From a virus (Duplodnaviria; Heunggongvirae; Uroviricota; Caudoviricetes): a DNA stretch of 17,112 nucleotides. How positions within the stretch are numbered: the first letter of the stretch is position 1; the number at the start of each line of letters is the position of its first letter. The notes below the pieces were generated by a model, which worked only from the letters and a program-made list of their open reading frames with translations, was not told the DNA's origin and did not search any database. Positions 9,119 to 17,112 of this stretch are shown here, piece by piece. A program made the position numbers and the translations under genes. The stretch lies in the IMG/VR virus record IMGVR_UViG_2695420699_000006, positions 1 through 17,112 of that record. One strand, given 5' to 3'.

Positions 9119-11020
9119 ATGGCTGATAATTTTCAGCTGAAAGCCATCATCACCGCTGTTGACAGGCTGTCCGGCCCGCTTAAAGGTATGCAGCGTCAGC
9201 TTAAGGGATTTCAGAAAGAAGTCTCCAGCCTTGCTCTGGGCGCTGCCGGGGCGGGTACTGCAATAATGGGGGCACTGGCACTCCCTGTAAAATCAGCCAT
9301 CACCCTTGAATCGAAGATGGCTGATGTCCGCAAAGTGGTGGACGGTCTGGATACGCCGGATGCGTTTAAGGCCATGACGGAGCAGGTACGCGCTTTGTCT
9401 ACTGAGCTTCCCATGTCTGCAGACGGGATCGCGGAAATTGTGGCGGCTGGCGGTCAGGCCGGGATTGCACGTGATGAACTGATGCAGTTTGCCACTGATG
9501 CGGTGAAGATGGGCGTGGCCTTTGATACCACGGCTGAAGAGTCCGGGCAGATGATGGCCCAGTGGCGTACTGCGTTTAATATGACGCAGGATGAAGTGGC
9601 CGGGCTGGCTGACAAAATCAACTACCTTGGTAATACCGGCCCGGCGAACGCGAAGAAAATCTCCGATATTGTTACGCGTATTGGTCCTTTAGGTGGTGTT
9701 GCAGGTGTGGCTTCCGGCGAAATCGCGGCAATGGGGGCAACCATTGCCGGGATGGGCGTGGAGTCAGAAATTGCCGCCACAGGGATCAAGAACTTCATGC
9801 TTTCCCTGACCGCGGGAAATTCTGCGACAAAATCGCAGAAACAGGCATTGCGTTTTCTGCGGATCAATCCGAAGAAATTAGCTGCTGATATGCAGAAAGA
9901 TGCCCGGGGCACCATGCTGTATGTACTGGATGCGATGGCTAAAGTGCCTAAAGAAAAACAGGCAGCTGTGCTGAATGCCCTGTTCGGGAAAGAGTCTCTG
10001 GGCGCGATAGCACCTCTGCTGACTAACCTTGATTTGTTGCGTACCAACTTCAGGCGGGTTGCGGATTCCCAGCAGTATGGCAGTTCGATGCAGAAGGAAT
10101 ATGCTTCGAGGGCAGCGACGACGGAAAACCAGCTTTTACTTCTGCAAAATCAACTTGATGCCATTTCTTCCACGCTGGGGGAAACGTTTCTTCCTGAGGT
10201 TAATGATGGTCTTGAAGCGGTAAAACCGCTCCTTGAGGAAGTGAGAACGTTTGTTCGTGAAAACCCGGAGCTCGTTAAGACCATTGCTAAAATCGGTCTG
10301 GCCTTACTGACGGTGGGAGCCGCTGCAGGCTCTTTGTCCAGAATTATGAAAGTTCTCGGCGGTGTGATGAATATGACGCCTGCTAAGGGGTTGATTGCTC
10401 TTCTGGTTGGTGGCGCTTACCTCATTATTGATAACTGGGAAACCGTAGGTCCTGTCATAAAAAAAGTCTGGCACGTGGTGGATGAAACGGCGCAGGCGAT
10501 GGGGGGATGGGAAACTGTTCTGAAAGCGATTGCCCTGTTTATGGCAACCAAATGGGTTGCTGACGTTACCAAATCCATTACCGCAGTGACCAGAGAGATG
10601 CGTACGCTGGGGAAGGTATCGGCAGAAACGGGATTGATGGGGAAAGGCCGCGGCTTTATCGGGAAGGCCGGGGTATATGGTTTTCTGGGAACCCTGATGT
10701 ATGAGCCGGTTAAAGATACTCTGGAAAGTGTTATTCCTGAAGATACGGTTAACTGGCTGGATAATAAAGGGCTGTTTCTGGCTTCAGACTGGACGCCTTT
10801 TTTTGATCGTAAAGAGTACGAGCAGTATCAGGCCAGCCTGAGTCAGTACAAACCCAATGTTCCGCTGTTGAATCCATCTTCTTCCATGACACAGCACAGC
10901 GAGCTGAAAGTCACGTTCGAGAATGCTCCGCCAGGTATGAAGATAATTGATGTACCGGGCAAAGCCGATCCCCTGATGAAAATCACGCACGATGTGGGGT
11001 ATTCTCCATTCAGACGATAA
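9119..11020 (+). CDS. Tail tape measure protein
   Basis: 633 aa, largely helical and Ala/Gly-rich, with hydrophobic stretches near the C-terminus. Follows the chaperone/frameshift pair. GAGGAGAGGAG RBS. Confidence 0.85.
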   Translation: MADNFQLKAIITAVDRLSGPLKGMQRQLKGFQKEVSSLALGAAGAGTAIMGALALPVKSAITLESKMADVRKVVDGLDTPDAFKAMTEQVRALSTELPMSADGIAEIVAAGGQAGIARDELMQFATDAVKMGVAFDTTAEESGQMMAQWRTAFNMTQDEVAGLADKINYLGNTGPANAKKISDIVTRIGPLGGVAGVASGEIAAMGATIAGMGVESEIAATGIKNFMLSLTAGNSATKSQKQALRFLRINPKKLAADMQKDARGTMLYVLDAMAKVPKEKQAAVLNALFGKESLGAIAPLLTNLDLLRTNFRRVADSQQYGSSMQKEYASRAATTENQLLLLQNQLDAISSTLGETFLPEVNDGLEAVKPLLEEVRTFVRENPELVKTIAKIGLALLTVGAAAGSLSRIMKVLGGVMNMTPAKGLIALLVGGAYLIIDNWETVGPVIKKVWHVVDETAQAMGGWETVLKAIALFMATKWVADVTKSITAVTREMRTLGKVSAETGLMGKGRGFIGKAGVYGFLGTLMYEPVKDTLESVIPEDTVNWLDNKGLFLASDWTPFFDRKEYEQYQASLSQYKPNVPLLNPSSSMTQHSELKVTFENAPPGMKIIDVPGKADPLMKITHDVGYSPFRR

Positions 11021-11084
11021 TATAACTACTTTAATCAAGTAGGGTTATTGAGTGGTAAAGTTTGTGCTGAATGTAGGAGAGAAT

Positions 11085-11573
11085 ATGAAGAAAATGTTTA
11101 TATTGTTGTTGGCTGTAGGACTGCCATTAAACTCCTTTGCGAAGCCAGTAACGGAAAAGCAGCTTGCTACATACTTTATAGATAACGTTAAAACTTCAGC
11201 GGATAAGAATATAGATCTAGATGTAGAGGGAATAAATAGACTGTCTGTAATATGCCCAGCAAAGTCGGCAAGTGGAACTCTTTTAATAAAAAAAGCATCC
11301 TACGAGTTTAATAAAAGCATTGGTGCTTTTGATTTTGAAAATAACTCACAATCTGCGCCATTGACTTTTATTGTACCAATTAGTGAGGATGAAAATAACT
11401 TTGACTCGGAAATTATTGGTTTCTCTTTTGCATTTAAAATGCCAAGAGGGCAATTCTTTGTTGATGTTACGAAAACAGGGAAGGTAAAGGCTGGCGTAAA
11501 TATTAGTGGTGAAAGCGGAATTACTTATTCATCATGTAGAATAGATACTCATAATGTTGATTATGATCGTTAA
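11085..11573 (+). CDS. Moron-encoded secreted / periplasmic protein of unknown function (signal peptide, two Cys)
   Basis: ATG at 11085 with AGGAGA RBS. N-terminus MKKMFILLLAVGLPLNSFA-KP looks like a Sec signal peptide with an SFA cleavage motif. Region is markedly AT-rich (hand counts about 25-45% GC per 60 nt, against about 60% in flanking genes). Followed by a strong intrinsic terminator. Confidence 0.6.
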   Translation: MKKMFILLLAVGLPLNSFAKPVTEKQLATYFIDNVKTSADKNIDLDVEGINRLSVICPAKSASGTLLIKKASYEFNKSIGAFDFENNSQSAPLTFIVPISEDENNFDSEIIGFSFAFKMPRGQFFVDVTKTGKVKAGVNISGESGITYSSCRIDTHNVDYDR

Positions 11574-11588
11574 TTTTATTACCTAATA

Positions 11589-11614
11589 AAAAACCGCGTT
11601 TACACGCGGTTTTT
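11589..11614. terminator. Rho-independent (bidirectional-type) terminator after the moron gene
   Basis: Perfect inverted repeat AAAAACCGCGT-ttac-ACGCGGTTTTT (11-bp stem, 4-nt loop) followed by TTTTATTT. Confidence 0.7.
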
Positions 11615-11629
11615 ATTTGAGGTGACGCC

Positions 11630-13003
11630 ATGGATTTTTCTCATATTTCTTCGTACCTATCCTCTGATTCTCGAAGTGGCTGGCGTGAAAAGCTACTTGA
11701 AGCATCATTTCGAGGTGTGCCGTTTAAGGTTGAAGAAGAAAGTGCGGGAACCGGTCGCCGTGTGGAAACACATGAATACCCGAACCGCGACAAGCCCTAT
11801 ACCGAAGATCTGGGAAAAGTCACTTTCCGCCCGTCCATCACAGCTTATGTGGTGGGAGATGACTGCTTTGACCAGCGCGATCGCCTGATTGAAGCGCTGA
11901 ATAAACCCGGTCCCGGCAAGCTTGTCCACCCGACATATGGTGAGCTGAAAGTCTGTGTTGACGGGGAAGTTCGGGTCAGCACATCGAAAAGTGAAGGGCG
12001 TATTGTCCGCTTTGACCTGAAGTTTGTCGAAGCAGGAGAACTCTCTTACCCCACATCAGGTGCGGCGACGGCGCAGACGCTGATGTCATCCTGTTCTGCA
12101 CTGGATGACTGCATCAGTGACAGTTTCAGTGGTTTCAGTATCGATGGCGTAGCGGATTTTGTGCAGAACGACGTCGTCGGTAATGCCAGCACAATGCTTG
12201 GGTATGTTTCTGATGCGATGAAAGTGGTGGATTCTGCCGTATCGGATGCCGCCAGGCTGTTGCAGGGGGATATCTCGGTACTTCTGCCGCCGCCATCGTC
12301 AGGCAAAAATTTCGTTGAGCAGGTGCAGAAAATGTGGCGTACCGGGAAACGCCTTTATGGTAACGCCAGCGACCTGGTCACCATGATCAAAACGCTTTCC
12401 GGTGTCAGCCTCGGCAGCGATCTGCAACCGCGCGGCGTCTGGAAAACGGACAGTAAAACCACCGCCACGGCGACGCAGCAGCGTAACGTGGTTGCCAGCA
12501 CCCTTCGTACGACCGCAATCAGCGAAGCGGCGTATGCCGTCACCCGATTGCCTGCGCCAACAACTTCCGCGGTGATGCAGAATTCCGCAGTGGGGCAGGC
12601 AACAACACCCGCGCAGAACACTGGCTGGCCTTCCGTCACGCATCCGGCACTGAACAATGCACCGGCGGTGAAAAACACGGTTGACCTGCCGACGTGGGAA
12701 GAACTGACTGACATTCGCGACACACTGAATACGGCAATTGATAAGGAGTTGTCCCGTACAACCAGCGATGCGCTGTTTCTGGCGCTGCGCCGGGTGAAAG
12801 CAGATCTGAATGCGGATATCAACACGCGCCTTGAACAGTCTGCACGGATCATTCAGCGCACACCGGATGAGGTTTTACCCGCGCTGGTGCTGGCGGCTAC
12901 CTGGTTTGATAACGCGGCGCGTGACGCGGACATTATCCGGCGTAATGCCATTACGCATCCCGGCTTTGTGCCGGTGATCCCTCTGAAGGTGCCAGTGCAA
13001 TGA
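11630..13003 (+). CDS. DNA circulation protein (Mu N / gp43-like)
   Basis: 457 aa. N-terminal WREKLLEASFRGVPF...GRRVETHEYPNRDKPYTEDLG matches the conserved DNA-circulation N-terminal domain. Sits between tape measure and baseplate hub as in Mu. Confidence 0.8.
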   Translation: MDFSHISSYLSSDSRSGWREKLLEASFRGVPFKVEEESAGTGRRVETHEYPNRDKPYTEDLGKVTFRPSITAYVVGDDCFDQRDRLIEALNKPGPGKLVHPTYGELKVCVDGEVRVSTSKSEGRIVRFDLKFVEAGELSYPTSGAATAQTLMSSCSALDDCISDSFSGFSIDGVADFVQNDVVGNASTMLGYVSDAMKVVDSAVSDAARLLQGDISVLLPPPSSGKNFVEQVQKMWRTGKRLYGNASDLVTMIKTLSGVSLGSDLQPRGVWKTDSKTTATATQQRNVVASTLRTTAISEAAYAVTRLPAPTTSAVMQNSAVGQATTPAQNTGWPSVTHPALNNAPAVKNTVDLPTWEELTDIRDTLNTAIDKELSRTTSDALFLALRRVKADLNADINTRLEQSARIIQRTPDEVLPALVLAATWFDNAARDADIIRRNAITHPGFVPVIPLKVPVQ

Positions 13004-14079
13004 ACGACAATGTCACGCTACGGGTAAATGGCCGGGAGTGGAATGGCTGGACATCGGTGCGCATCGGTGCCGGTATTGAACGGCTGGCGCGGGATTTCAG
13101 TGTCGAGATCACCCGCCAGTGGCCGGGTGATGAGGGTATCACCACGCTTCAGCCGCGCATTAAAAACGGTTCAAAAGTGGAGGTGCTGATTGGTGATGAG
13201 CTGGTGATCACCGGCTGGGTGGAGGCGACGCCCGTTCGTTACGATGCCCGTTCGGTCAGCACCGGTATTGCCGGACGCAGTCTGACCGCTGACCTGATTG
13301 ACTGTGCAGCCGAACCGACACAGTTTAACGGACGATCACTGGTACAGATTGCGCAGGCGCTTGCTGCGCCCTTCGGCATTGAGGTGGTGAACAGCGGTGC
13401 GCCGTCGGGTGTTATTCCTGATGTCCAGCCTGATCACGGTGAAACGGTGATCGAGGTGATTAACAAAATACTCGGTCAGCAGCAGGCGCTGGCTTATGAC
13501 GACCCGCACGGCAGGCTGGTGATTGGCGGTATTGGCTCAACGCGGGCACATACCGCGCTGGTACTTGGGGAAAACATCCTTTCCTGCGATACGGAGAAGA
13601 GTATCCGGGAGCGGTTTTCTGTTTACCAGGTGGCGGGGCAGCGTGCCGGAAACGACGATGATTTCGGTGATGCCACCACCACCGCGCTGCGGGCCCGCAC
13701 AGAGGACGCATTTATTGCCCGTTACCGTCCGATGTATATCAGGCAGACAGGGCAGGCTACGGGGGCAGGCTGTATTGCGCGTGCTGACTTTGAAGCCCGA
13801 CAACGGGCGGCGCGGACGGATGAAACCACCTATGTGGTGCAGGGCTGGCGACAGGGTAACGGTACGCTGTGGCAGCCCAACCAGCGGGTGATTGTCTTCG
13901 ATCCGGTCTGTGGTTTCGACAATACCGAACTGCTTGTCTCGGAAGTCACGTTTACTCAGGACCAGAACGGCACCCTGACGGAAATCCGTGTCGGCCCGCC
14001 TGATGCTTATCTGCCTGAACCTGAAGCCCCCGGCGCGCGGAAAAAGAAAAAAGCCAGAGTACAGGAGGACCCGTTCTGA
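13000..14079 (+). CDS. Baseplate hub protein (Mu P / gp44-like, P2 gpD-like)
   Basis: 359 aa, ATGA overlap with the upstream gene. Mu-type synteny (N-P-Q-V-W-R-S). Confidence 0.75.
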   Translation: MNDNVTLRVNGREWNGWTSVRIGAGIERLARDFSVEITRQWPGDEGITTLQPRIKNGSKVEVLIGDELVITGWVEATPVRYDARSVSTGIAGRSLTADLIDCAAEPTQFNGRSLVQIAQALAAPFGIEVVNSGAPSGVIPDVQPDHGETVIEVINKILGQQQALAYDDPHGRLVIGGIGSTRAHTALVLGENILSCDTEKSIRERFSVYQVAGQRAGNDDDFGDATTTALRARTEDAFIARYRPMYIRQTGQATGAGCIARADFEARQRAARTDETTYVVQGWRQGNGTLWQPNQRVIVFDPVCGFDNTELLVSEVTFTQDQNGTLTEIRVGPPDAYLPEPEAPGARKKKKARVQEDPF

Positions 14080-14627
14080 TGAGGACGATTGAAGCCATGC
14101 AGCGACAACTTCTCGGCCTGATTGGGCGGGCAGTGGTGAAAAGCATCAGTGCCGCCACGAAATGTCAGACCGTGGATGTGTCCCTGATTGCCGGTGAACC
14201 CAAAGCCGGGGTTGAACATCTTGAACCCTACGGTTTTACCGCAAGGGCAAACAGCGGTGCGGAAGCGGTGGTGTTGTTTCCGGATGGCGACCGCTCTCAT
14301 GCGGTGGTTGTTACGGTGTCGGACCGGCGCTACCGCCTGAAAGGGCTGCAGACGGGTGAGGTGGCTGTCTATGACGATCAGGGGCAGTCTGTGACGCTGA
14401 CCCGGGAGGGGATCGTGGTGGACGGTGCAGGTAAAACGATCACGTTTCGCAATTCACCTAAAGCACGTTTTGAAATGGACCTGGAAGTGACAGGACAGGT
14501 GAAAGACCTGTGCGACTCCGGCGGCACCACCATGTCAGCGATGCGGCTTGCCTATAACGGGCATCGTCACAGAGAGAACGGTCAGGGCAGTAACACCGAC
14601 AAACCTGATAAATCGATGGAGGCATGA
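14079..14627 (+). CDS. Baseplate spike / assembly protein V (Mu gp45-like)
   Basis: 182 aa, overlapping start. N-terminal LLGLIGRAVV...VDVSLIAGEPKAGVEHLEPYGF is typical of gpV/gp45 spike proteins. Confidence 0.75.
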   Translation: MRTIEAMQRQLLGLIGRAVVKSISAATKCQTVDVSLIAGEPKAGVEHLEPYGFTARANSGAEAVVLFPDGDRSHAVVVTVSDRRYRLKGLQTGEVAVYDDQGQSVTLTREGIVVDGAGKTITFRNSPKARFEMDLEVTGQVKDLCDSGGTTMSAMRLAYNGHRHRENGQGSNTDKPDKSMEA

Positions 14628-15052
14628 TGGAACTGTGGCTGACGGTGAACGGTAAACGCACCTGCGCCAGCGCACCGCTGGATCCGCTGACCCGCGCCGT
14701 GGTGATTTCCCTGTTTACCTGGCGGCGGGCGGAGCCTGATGACAACGCCGACGTCCCGATGGGATGGTGGGGGGATACCTGGCCTGCGGTACAGAATGAC
14801 CGTTACGGCTCCCGACTGTGGCTGCTTCAGCGCAGCAAACTGACCAATCAGCTGGTGCTGACGGTAAGGGGGTATATCCGCGAATGCCTGCAATGGATGA
14901 TTGATGACGGCGTGGTGTCCCGTATTGATCTGGATATCCACCGCACCGGGATTAATGAACTGGGTAACAGTATCACTCTCTGGCGTCGTGACGGACCGGT
15001 AATGATTTCTTTTGATGATCTGTGGAGTGCGATAACGCATGGCGGACAGTGA
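14624..15052 (+). CDS. Baseplate protein (Mu gp46-like, P2 gpW analogue)
   Basis: 142 aa, overlapping start and stop. Position between spike and the J-like baseplate wedge. Confidence 0.7.
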   Translation: MMELWLTVNGKRTCASAPLDPLTRAVVISLFTWRRAEPDDNADVPMGWWGDTWPAVQNDRYGSRLWLLQRSKLTNQLVLTVRGYIRECLQWMIDDGVVSRIDLDIHRTGINELGNSITLWRRDGPVMISFDDLWSAITHGGQ

Positions 15053-16097
15053 ATTTCAGCGCCCGACGCTGGCAGAAAATATCAGTATGCTCCGTAACGA
15101 TTTATTCGCCAGGCTGGACGTCAGCGACACGCTCCGGCGCATGGATGAAGACGTGCGGGCAAAGGTGTATGCGGCGGCGCTGCATACGGTTTACGGGTAC
15201 ATCGATTATCTGGCAATGAACATGCTGCCTGACCTGTGCGATGAGTCCTGGCTGGCGCGACATGCTGCGATGAAACGGTGTCCGCGCAAGGGGGCCACGG
15301 CTGCCAGCGGGTATATGCGCTGGGAAGGTGTCAGCGATGGCCTGAAGGTGACCGCCGGGAGTGTTATTCAGCGCGATGACCTGGTTCAGTACACGGCAAC
15401 TGCCGATGCAACCAGCTCCGGTGGTGTCCTGCGCGTGCCGATCGCCTGCTCAAGTGCAGGCGCGGTCGGTAACGCTGACGACGGTACGTCATTAATCCTG
15501 GTCACGCCGGTTAATGGTCTGCCGTCTTCCGGCGTGGCAGATACCCTGACAGGCGGATTTGATACTGAAGAGCTGGAAACGTGGCGCGCCCGCGTCATTG
15601 AGCGGTATTACTGGACGCCTCAGGGCGGGGCTGACGGGGACTATGTCGTCTGGGCTAAAGAAGTGCCCGGCATTACCCGCGCATGGACATACCGTCACTG
15701 GATGGGAACGGGAACTGTCGGTGTGATGATTGCCAGCAGTGACCTGATTAATCCCATTCCGGAAGAATCAACGGAAACGGCAGCAAGACAACATATCGGG
15801 CCACAGGCCCCGGTGGCAGGCTCTGATTTGTATGTATTCAGGCCGGTGGCACATACGGTGGATTTTCATATCCGCGTGACGCCGGACACACCGGAAATAC
15901 GGGCTGCCATTACCGCGGAGTTGCGTTCGTTCCTGCTGCGTGATGGTTATCCGCAGGGAGAACTGAAGGTATCGCGTATCAGTGAGGCGATTTCCGGTGC
16001 GAACGGGGAATACAGCCATCAGTTGCTTGCACCGGTGGACAATATCTCCATTGCGAAAAACGAACTGGCGGTACTGGGGACGATTTCATGGACGTGA
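15039..16097 (+). CDS. Baseplate J-like wedge protein (Mu gp47-like)
   Basis: 352 aa. Size and synteny. Corresponds to the e14 jayE-type gene. Confidence 0.8.
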   Translation: MADSEFQRPTLAENISMLRNDLFARLDVSDTLRRMDEDVRAKVYAAALHTVYGYIDYLAMNMLPDLCDESWLARHAAMKRCPRKGATAASGYMRWEGVSDGLKVTAGSVIQRDDLVQYTATADATSSGGVLRVPIACSSAGAVGNADDGTSLILVTPVNGLPSSGVADTLTGGFDTEELETWRARVIERYYWTPQGGADGDYVVWAKEVPGITRAWTYRHWMGTGTVGVMIASSDLINPIPEESTETAARQHIGPQAPVAGSDLYVFRPVAHTVDFHIRVTPDTPEIRAAITAELRSFLLRDGYPQGELKVSRISEAISGANGEYSHQLLAPVDNISIAKNELAVLGTISWT

Positions 16098-16672
16098 CAA
16101 ACGATGATTACATCCGCCTGTTATCGGCACTGTTGCCGCCCGGTCCGGCGTGGTCAGCCAGCGATCTGGCGATTGCCGGTGCGGCACCGTCATTAACTCG
16201 TGTTCATCAGCGTGCGGATGCCCTGATGCGGGAGCTGGATCCGCGCACCACCACTGAACTGATAAACCGCTGGGAGCGTCTGTGCGGTCTGCCGGATGAA
16301 TGTATTCCGGCGGGAACGCAGACCCTTCGCCAGCGTCAGCAACGGCTGGATGCGAAGGTTAACCTGGCGGGCGGCATCAACGAGGATTTTTATCTTGCAC
16401 AGCTTGCTGCCCTGGGCAGACCAGATGCCACCATCACGCGATACGACAAAAGCACGTTCACCTGCTCATCGGCCTGTACTGACGCGCTGAATGCGCCGGA
16501 ATGGCGGTATTACTGGCAGGTCAACATGCCAACCACCACCAACACCACCTGGATGACATGTGGCGATCCCTGTGATTCCGCACTGCGTATCTGGGGTGAC
16601 ACCGTTGTCGAGTGTGTGCTTAACAAACTCTGCCCGTCGCATACCTACGTAATTTTTAAATATCCGGAGTAA
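16088..16672 (+). CDS. Tail protein (Mu gp48-like, YmfQ/DUF2313-like, P2 gpI analogue)
   Basis: 194 aa, overlapping the J-like gene. Directly upstream of the tail fiber, as ymfQ is in e14. Confidence 0.75.
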   Translation: MDVTNDDYIRLLSALLPPGPAWSASDLAIAGAAPSLTRVHQRADALMRELDPRTTTELINRWERLCGLPDECIPAGTQTLRQRQQRLDAKVNLAGGINEDFYLAQLAALGRPDATITRYDKSTFTCSSACTDALNAPEWRYYWQVNMPTTTNTTWMTCGDPCDSALRIWGDTVVECVLNKLCPSHTYVIFKYPE

Positions 16673-16675
16673 TCC

Positions 16676-17043
16676 ATGCATCGTATAGACACGAAAACCG
16701 CGCAGAAGGATAAGTTCGGCGCGGGTAAGAACGGTTTTACCCGTGGTAACCCCCAGACCGGCACGCCTGCCACCGATCTGGATGATGACTACTTTGACAT
16801 GTTGCAGGAGGAGCTTTGCAGCGTTGTGGAGGCGTCCGGTGCCAGCCTGGAGAAGGGGCGGCACGACCAGCTACTTACCGCGCTTCGCGCGCTGCTGTTA
16901 AGCCGCAAGAATCCGTTTGGCGATATCAAATCGGATGGCACTGTGCAAACGGCTCTCGAAAACCTTGGATTGCAGACTATTAGACCCGACCCTGTATCCA
17001 CGAAGATTTTCTCTCCTGATTTGAAAAAATTTCTCCTGGTGTC
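16676..17043 (+). CDS. Tail fiber protein, N-terminal constant region only; truncated by IS insertion
   Basis: ATG at 16676 with GGAG RBS. Hand translation [74 protein letters not shown]... resembles the conserved baseplate-attachment N-terminus of Mu/e14-type tail fibers. Frame is open to the window edge, but sequence from 17044 is an IS end. Confidence 0.65.
16953..16978. other. Candidate Din-family (Gin/Pin/Cin/Hin) invertase crossover site inside the tail fiber gene
   Basis: CTCTCGAAAACC-TT-GGATTGCAGACT resembles the 26-bp gix site (TTATCCAAAACC-TC-GGTTTACAGGAA, quoted from memory). It encodes ENLGLQ in the same codon register as gix encodes QNLGLQ. Confidence 0.35.
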
Positions 17044-17112
17044 TGGATTTGCCCCTATATTTCCAGACACCTGTTATCACTTAACCCATTACTGGCTTGC
17101 TGCCGTAGATAT
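17044..17112 (-). mobile_element. IS2-like (IS3 family) insertion sequence, one end; element runs off the window
   Basis: TGGATTTGCCCCTATATTTCCAGACACCTGTTATCACTTAACCCATTAC is a near match to the reverse complement of the IS2 right end as I recall it (TGGATTTGCCCCTATATTTCCAGACATCTGTTATCACTTAACCCATTAC). Confidence 0.7.
17055..17112 (-). CDS. IS3-family transposase OrfB, C-terminal fragment (partial)
   Basis: Minus-strand translation ends ...[18 protein letters not shown]-stop, against the IS2 OrfB C-terminus ...[18 protein letters not shown] (from memory). Stop codon at 17055-17057. Confidence 0.6.
   Translation of the reverse strand, partial: YLRQQASNGLSDNRCLEI

Noticed and set aside
11085-11573. 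Idea that the moron protein is a MliC/PliC-type periplasmic lysozyme inhibitor
   Set aside because: It has a signal peptide, two cysteines and a small size, but I could not match the order and spacing of the conserved inhibitor motifs by eye. Kept as unknown function.
11622-11888. 88-aa + strand ORF overlapping the start of the DNA-circulation gene in another frame
   Set aside because: The overlapping frame (11630-13003) carries the conserved DNA-circulation N-terminal motif and a proper RBS. The 88-aa frame is an out-of-frame artefact.
16789-17080. Minus-strand ORFs of 93 aa and 60 aa near the window end
   Set aside because: They are antisense to the tail fiber N-terminal region and cross the IS boundary. 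The real minus-strand coding signal here is the short OrfB C-terminal fragment (17055-17112) in a different frame.
1-17112. Lysis cassette, integrase, repressor, tRNA or CRISPR array
   Set aside because: None seen. The window is entirely late structural genes plus the moron and the IS end. No direct-repeat arrays or tRNA-like cloverleaf candidates noticed.

Overview
This window is the late (structural) gene block of a temperate myovirus or prophage from a high-GC enterobacterial host, read left to right on the + strand. It has an HK97-type head module (large terminase, portal, prohead protease, major capsid, gp6-like connector, head closure, gp10-like) joined to a Mu-type contractile tail module (sheath, tube, chaperone, tape measure, DNA-circulation protein, baseplate gp44-48 analogues, tail fiber). 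From memory this mosaic resembles Shigella phage SfV and E. coli e14; that is not verified by any search. All calls rest on reading the supplied translations and the DNA by eye. Three things break the otherwise tightly packed operon: (1) an AT-rich moron between the tape measure and baseplate genes, encoding a signal-peptide protein of unknown function with its own terminator, which is the best candidate for something undescribed; (2) an IS2-like element whose end cuts into the tail fiber gene at the window edge; (3) a gix/pix-like invertase crossover site inside the tail fiber gene. I also note a likely -1 frameshift in the tail chaperone gene and two small unlisted ORFs. No rRNA, tRNA or CRISPR array was seen.
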